Assembly (NCBI RefSeq): GCF_009914755.1
Contig: NC_060931.1
Length of the DNA: 64,000 bases
Source of the DNA: the human T2T-CHM13v2.0 reference genome, Homo sapiens
Reading direction: 5' to 3' (one strand)
The notes beneath the pieces are model-generated. The model was not told where the DNA came from. It saw only the letters and a program-made list of their open reading frames with translations, and made no database searches. Below are positions 54,973 to 64,000 of the stretch, piece after piece. Both the position numbers and the translations under genes were made by a program. Position 1 is the stretch's first letter, and every line of letters begins with the position of its first letter.

Positions 54973-55619
54973 TGGTCCAGAGGAAGGAATAGTTTTTCTT
55001 ATTCACACAAAGGCACCCTGTGGGCTGGCAGTGGCCTGTCAGCAAAGATCAAGTAAGCCGCATCATCTTGGAAGAATCTGACACGGAGCTATGGTTCAAA
55101 ATAGCTATTATCTTCAGCAAGGGGCAAACACAGGGAGAAAGGACATGGATTGGAGGATAAAAGTAAGGGTAGAATTTAAAGACAGTGTTAAAAAAAAGGG
55201 GGCAGTGGGCTGGTACCAAAAGATTGCTCTGTTTTCACTGTTCACCCTACCAAGAAGTGCGAGTTTAGTGTCTACTATGTGACTGGCTCTGAGTTACACC
55301 CTGTGAGGAACACAAAACCAAAGTACCTTGGGGTCCCAGGCCTCCAGAGCCGTACGCTCTGCATGAAGAGGTGAGCACAGACATCCCCAACAGTATGATT
55401 ACAATCCACAGCAATATGTGATGCATAAAAACAGTGAGCCATGATCGTGTATGCTATGGAACACAGGGAAGGCCCGAGAATGAAACATGTGGAGAATGTT
55501 ATCAATAGCTCCCCAGATTAATAAATAATTTCAGATAAAGAAGAAATGGGCCCACTCCAAAAATCTTCCATTGCCAAATTCTTGATGTTGCAGGTATCTT
55601 TCATCTGCATGAAGAGTTT

Positions 55620-55778
55620 GGAAGGCCCAGGTTCTAGGCCCAGTCCTGCTGTAAACAGCTATGTGACCCATGACAGCCACTTAACTACTCCAGGCCTCAG
55701 TTTTTTCATCTCTAAAATGAGAGGGCTGGACCAGGTGATCTCTTAAGGCCCTTCCAGCTACAGCATTGTATGGTCTGA
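55620..55778 (+). mobile_element. MIR3/MIR-like SINE
   Basis: GGCCTCAGTTTTTTCATCTCTAAAATGAGAGGGCTGGACCAGGTGATCTCTTAAGGCCCTTCCAGCT. Confidence 0.8.
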
Positions 55779-56121
55779 GCCCTTCTGGTTAATTGCCTCT
55801 GGATGATTACATTTATTGTGTTTATTAAGCAGTTTGGGGTTTCTCCATTCAGAGCTTAATTTCCTTTTCTATGACGTATTTCCTCTCAGAATTTTTATAT
55901 GAAAATTGTATTTCACAGTTTTCCGTGCTTTAGCTTGAAATAGATATTATGCCATAAAGATCACTATAGATTTATAAAGCAAAACTCAGAAACATTAAAG
56001 AGCCTATAAGTGCTTTGAGATTAATTTGATCTTCAATTGGTCTGTGAATGAATGAGCTTGACGGAGCCTTTCAATTTCTCGCTCCGCTTCAAAGAGTACA
56101 CAAAGTACAAACTGTAAATCA

Positions 56122-58030
<1,909 letters not shown>

Positions 58031-58199
58031 TGTGTTTAGGAGCTTTGGAAGCCCAGGGCCCCAGCTTATGACTTACCTTCTTTGAATTATGCATGCTTGT
58101 ATGATCCAGGTGGAATCTAGATTATCCATTTCCAACAGACATATATGAATGAGTAAGTGACAGGGGAGTGGGGGAGAGAGTTAAGATAGGAGGACCATA

Positions 58200-58242
58200 T
58201 AAGATCTAACAGCTGCAGTGTTAAAAATAATAATAATAAATA
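58200..58242 (+). mobile_element. Micro-retroinsertion (~23 nt plus A-rich tail) with 17-bp TSD
   Basis: AAGATAGGAGGACCATA at 58183-58199 and 58243-58259; TT/AAGA target site; tail AAAAATAATAATAATAAATA. Confidence 0.7.
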
Positions 58243-58439
58243 AAGATAGGAGGACCATAGAAGGAACTGGGACTGAGGTCAGAAGGATCCAAACAAATGA
58301 TCAATTCACTTCTCCACTCAAGATGGCATGAGTCAAACATAGCAACAGTGAGCCTGATGGACTGAGGCACATTTGGACAGCAAAAGCAGTCCATATGATG
58401 GGTTGGTACAGAATGTGCCATCACACATCAGCTGCTCTG

Positions 58440-59200
58440 TGAAAAGAGAAGCAACATGGAAAGATCATGGACTTGGGATCAGATTGACCCAGGATCAAAT
58501 CTTAGCTCTGTTACCTTCTAGGTCTGTGATTTGGGGCAAGTTATTTAACCCATTAGAGCCTCCATTTCCTGATCTATAAAACTGGTGTAATAAAACCTGT
58601 CATTCAGAACTGCTGTGAGGACTAAATGAAAGAATGTGCATGTTCCAGGATTAAGTCAGCTGCACATAACAAAAAAAAATTCAAATAATAGTGTCTTAAA
58701 TAAAGTAGAGTTGATTTTCCTTCAAATAGTATGAAATCTAATGGTAGCAGTTCAGCACTAGAAAGGGGACTTCATTGCATCAAGGATGTCCCAGTTTCCA
58801 GCTTTATTTTTGCATGTGGCTTCCATCCTCAAGATAACCTTGTAATCATAAGATAGTTGCAGCAGCTCCAACACATTTGCATTTTAGACAAAAAGAAGGA
58901 AGAAGAGGGAAGGAGAAAAAGAAGCCTGCCCCCTCATCCCGAGTTGAGTTAGCTCTCTTTAAAGAGTTTTTTTAGATGCCCCACCCGACCACTTTTGTTT
59001 CTAATTCATTGCCCATACCTATCTTCAAGGAAGGCTGGAAAAGTTAGGACTTTAGCTGGACACATTGCCGCCCCCAACAATATGGGGGATAAAGGCAAAG
59101 GGGAGGATGGATATTGGGTAATTAATTAGCAGTCTCTCCCATGGTATGTAAAGCACCTAGCAAATAGAAGGTACTACATGAATAATAACTGTTATTATTT
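58440..59200 (+). mobile_element. MIR (58440-58640 and 59145-59200) split by a MaLR LTR
   Basis: GGGGCAAGTTATTTAACCCATTAGAGCCTCCATTTCCTGATCTATAAAA..TGTGAGGACTAAATGA; resumes ATGTAAAGCACCTAGCA. Confidence 0.75.
58641..59142 (-). mobile_element. MaLR LTR (MLT1J/K-like)
   Basis: AAAATAATAGTGTCTTAAATAAAGTAGAG, CAAGGAAGGCTGGAAAAG, GGATATTGGG..TAGCAGTCTCT. Confidence 0.7.
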
Positions 59201-59222
59201 AATTCATTCTTAAAGCTATTTG

Positions 59223-60867
59223 AGGGAGGCTTTATCACCAAGGCTGCTGACCAGCCCGGCAGCCAGTGTTCCCTGGTCTGTCCTGGAAACCTTTCATATC
59301 ACCACAGCTCTCACCATGGCTTAGGTCCAAACTGTGCCACAGCCTCTCAAGAGATGTGGGTCTTTGGAGCCTCTTTAGTGCTGGACTTCTAGCCACAGGC
59401 AGCTCTGTGACATCAGGATAACAGAAACTGAAGCTACAGAGTGGAGAGATAACAAAAGAAGAGAAGCAGCCCTGCATCAGCGCAGTCCATCCCACGCAGC
59501 ATCCCTCATCCTTCCCCTAGGCAGAGGCCCAGAGGCTGTTTCACCTCTGATTCTTCCACAGCCTTACCTGGCCCAAATCCTAGCACCATGGATTCTGAAA
59601 GTAACGATAAGAACAGAAATTCATCAGATAAATGGAGCCCCTTTGAATCAAGATCCCTCCAGGAGTATGATTCAGGAAGTTTTGCCACCCAGGCCTACTG
59701 AGGAGCCCAAAGCCCTCTCCAATGGAATGGATCTGTGTCCAAGCCACTCAAATGGCTGAAGACCCATCATGACCCTGAAGCTGCCCAAGATGGACAGCCC
59801 AGTTATGGAAGGGAGGAAACAGCTGCCATGGACCCATAATCTCAAACCCTGTGGTTTGAATATGCTCACTCTCACTGGCTTCTAGAGCTCTCTCTACTTT
59901 GGTGACTCTGGAAAGAGGGTTTCTTGCACCCCACTCCTTTTTTACCTTGGCTCTGACATAAAAAAAAAAGAAGGTATTTTTTAAAACATGTTAAACTGAG
60001 GCTAGAGCTGGAGACATAATTGTTTTTTCAGAAATATTCATGCAAAGGATACCCTTGTGTGGAAGAAGCCCTTTTGTACTACCTTAAAGTTAGGCTAAAT
60101 AATCTCCACAGTGATGTATGGGGGACCCCATCACCTATTTTTGCACCATTTACCCTAGACTAGAACTTTGATTATCGTTTACTAGGTAAAGCATGTTTGT
60201 GTTGCTCCAAAACCCAGGCTTCTTGATTCTTTTACCACTATCAATGTGAGCACTGACAAATCATGGCATAGAATGGATCACTGTCCTGCAGCCAGTTCTC
60301 CATGTGGTACCTCTTCGGTCAGAGCTTTGGAAGGCAAGCTCCTGTTTTATATGTCACAAAATAAACCCTGGTCTTGCAAAGCCTTTCTAGCACTTTAAAG
60401 TGAGATTAATTTAACTGCAATTTGGTTAAAAGCTTCCTAAGGGAGAAAATTCAGTCTACTGATTTGGTATAGATAAATGGATGTTTTTTAAAGTAAAGAA
60501 GATGGTAGGTACAATTAGATTATAGTCTTGGGGTTCATGTGAAACTAGTGTCACCTTATTTTGATTTCCTAGTTCAGGTAATGGCCTGAAACTTACACAT
60601 ACCTTGCACAGAAAAGGAAATAGAGAAACTGCCTTTTTATTTCTCTTCACTGTGCACATGTTCAGTATTTAAACACTGTCTCAAATATCTGTTTTGTTTT
60701 GTTTTTTTTTTTGATTGATAGTATCTTGTCTGCATAAGAAGCTGACCTTTCCATAGAGAGGCCCTGGAGTCTAAAATTATCAGAACAATTAATTTATTTG
60801 TGTCTTTTGTTATGAATTCTTGTTTTAGTAAAAAAAATCCTTATTACATTCTCAAAAAAACAAAAAA
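59223..60867 (+). pseudogene. KIAA1191P: Processed pseudogene of KIAA1191 (p33MONOX)
   Basis: 59425-59885 translates, with frameshifts, to KLKLQSGEITKEEKQ/PASAQS..FTSDSSTALPGPNPSTMDS..DKWS..YDSGSFATQAY*GAQ/PSPME..MAEDP/LKLPKMD.PVMEGRKQ..HNLKP..LNMLTLTGF*, matching the KIAA1191 C-terminus as I recall it. Intronless; three frameshifts; TGA at 59699-59701 in place of Arg; ~1-kb 3' UTR; AGTAAA at 60827; A tail 60854-60867; degenerate TSD AAAGCTATTTG (59212-59222) / AAAGTTATTTTG (60865-60876). Confidence 0.92.
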
Positions 60868-61841
60868 GTTATTTTGGAGATGCTTGGTTCATCTCACCAC
60901 GTGAACTCCTTCAAAAGACCTGTGCCATCTCTGGATCACAGTCCAGAGGTCTCCACTGCTCTCTGGGGACCTCACAAAGGAGGCTAGACCCTCTTCCAGA
61001 CCATAGCCCTTTGCAGATTTGAAAGCAGCTGTCCTGTGCTCCTCAGGTTCAGCACCAGACTGACTGCCCCCAGTTCATACAGTATTGTCACAAGTCCTGA
61101 ACATTCTTCTGTGGACTAGACCCCTCTTCGGCTCTGGCTGTCATAATGATAACAATGAGCCAGATATGGGCAAACCAAGAGGAAACAGAGAACCCTGTCT
61201 CTTCCCTAGTTTGGGACCCTCTCCAGCTCACTCCCGCCATGCCTGACTCATAAATTGGCCATGGAGGACTCTTTCAGCAAAGGCTCACCCAGCCTCAGCC
61301 TCTATATGTGAGATGGTTTGAAAGACATAGTCAACTTTCCTGGGCCTTGCTGCCCTTAGAACATAGAGGCAGGGCTCCTGAGTCTCTGTCCCCACCAACC
61401 TCAAATTCCCCAGGCCAGCAGGAGGATACTACCTGCCCACTGAATTCACAAGAAAAAAGGTCCAGGGAAAAGCCTCACAGGATGGAAAGGAGAGAACTCC
61501 TGCCCCAGCAGGTAGTGAACTCAGTAACTCAAATCCAGCCCCTTCCTCTGGTCTCTTGTCTGAAACCAAGAGACCCAGATGCCCAAATATCATTCTAGCC
61601 AAGGAAAGTCTGCTGGGGATACAGGACTTGTACCCAGGAGATACTGGCCTGACAGCCCTTCTTCATTGGGGTGGAGGAGGAAGGCAGCAAAGCCCTCTTA
61701 GGAAAGCACCGCCAGGCCTCTTATTCTTCAACCTCAGGAGTGGGGTGAAAACTCCTCCCATGCCAGAGTAGCTGAATAGGTCAGCCAGACAAATGGCGTA
61801 AGTGGGAAGGTAAGAGGGAAATAAAGAGTCCCCAAAACAAT

Positions 61842-62125
61842 GGCTGGATGCAGTGGCTCACGCCTGTAACCCCAGCACTTTGGGAGGCCAAGGCAGGTGG
61901 ATCACTTGAGGTCAGGAGTTCGAGACCAGCCTGGCCAACATGGTGAAACCCTGTCTCCACTAAAAATACAAAAATTAGCTGGGCATGATGGTGCACGCCT
62001 GTAATCCCAGCTTCTCGGGAGGCTGGGGTGGGAGAATCACTTGGGCCCAGGAGGCAAAGGCTGCAGTGAGCCAAGATCGTACCGCTGCCTGCGTGGGCAA
62101 CAGAGTGAGACTCCATCTCAAAAAA
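61842..62125 (+). mobile_element. AluS/J SINE
   Basis: Full dimer; 17-bp TSD AAAGAGTCCCCAAAACA at 61823-61839 and 62126-62142. Confidence 0.96.
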
Positions 62126-62413
62126 AAAGAGTCCCCAAAACATACTGACTCCCAAAGCTCATACTTATGAGGCTCAGATTGTGGTTTGGCCTAATCCTGG
62201 CCTCACGACTTCAACCCAGCCCTCACTCCCAGGGGAAACAGCACACCCCCATTAAGAGCCTCCCATGAGGAGCCACTCTCCCTGACCAAGGGTCCTCCGG
62301 CTGGCTTGGCCTCCATCAGAGGGAAGCAGAAATGGGGGCATATAAAGGAAGAGAGTAGAAAAAAAGTAAAAGGACCCACTCTTGCAGTGGAGAGTGATAG
62401 ATGTCATAGCTGC

Positions 62414-63998
<1,585 letters not shown>

Positions 63999-64000
63999 CC

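Overview
Primate (most likely human or hominoid) intronic or intergenic DNA, dominated by interspersed repeats: about 14 Alus, L1PA/L1MB/L1ME, L2, MIR, MaLR LTRs, a MER52 solo LTR and several hAT MITEs. I found no intact protein-coding gene; the ORF track is mostly repeat-derived or random. The one recognisable gene-derived sequence is a disabled processed pseudogene of KIAA1191 (p33MONOX) at ~59.2-60.9 kb, possibly copied from an exon-skipped transcript. The most unusual structures are: (i) a ~1.5-kb quasi-palindromic AT array grown out of an Alu tail, containing inverted and direct copies of the Alu 3' end (56.5-58.0 kb); (ii) a ~250-bp, ~93% identical inverted repeat not matching any TE I recognise, around an 856-bp spacer (10.6-12.0 kb); (iii) a 41-bp inverted templated insertion inside the MER52 LTR; (iv) a 43-bp micro-retroinsertion with a perfect 17-bp TSD; (v) a twin-primed 5'-inverted L1. 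The sequence alone does not support a new multi-gene system. Repeat subfamily calls are from memory of consensus sequences, and boundaries of old repeats are approximate.
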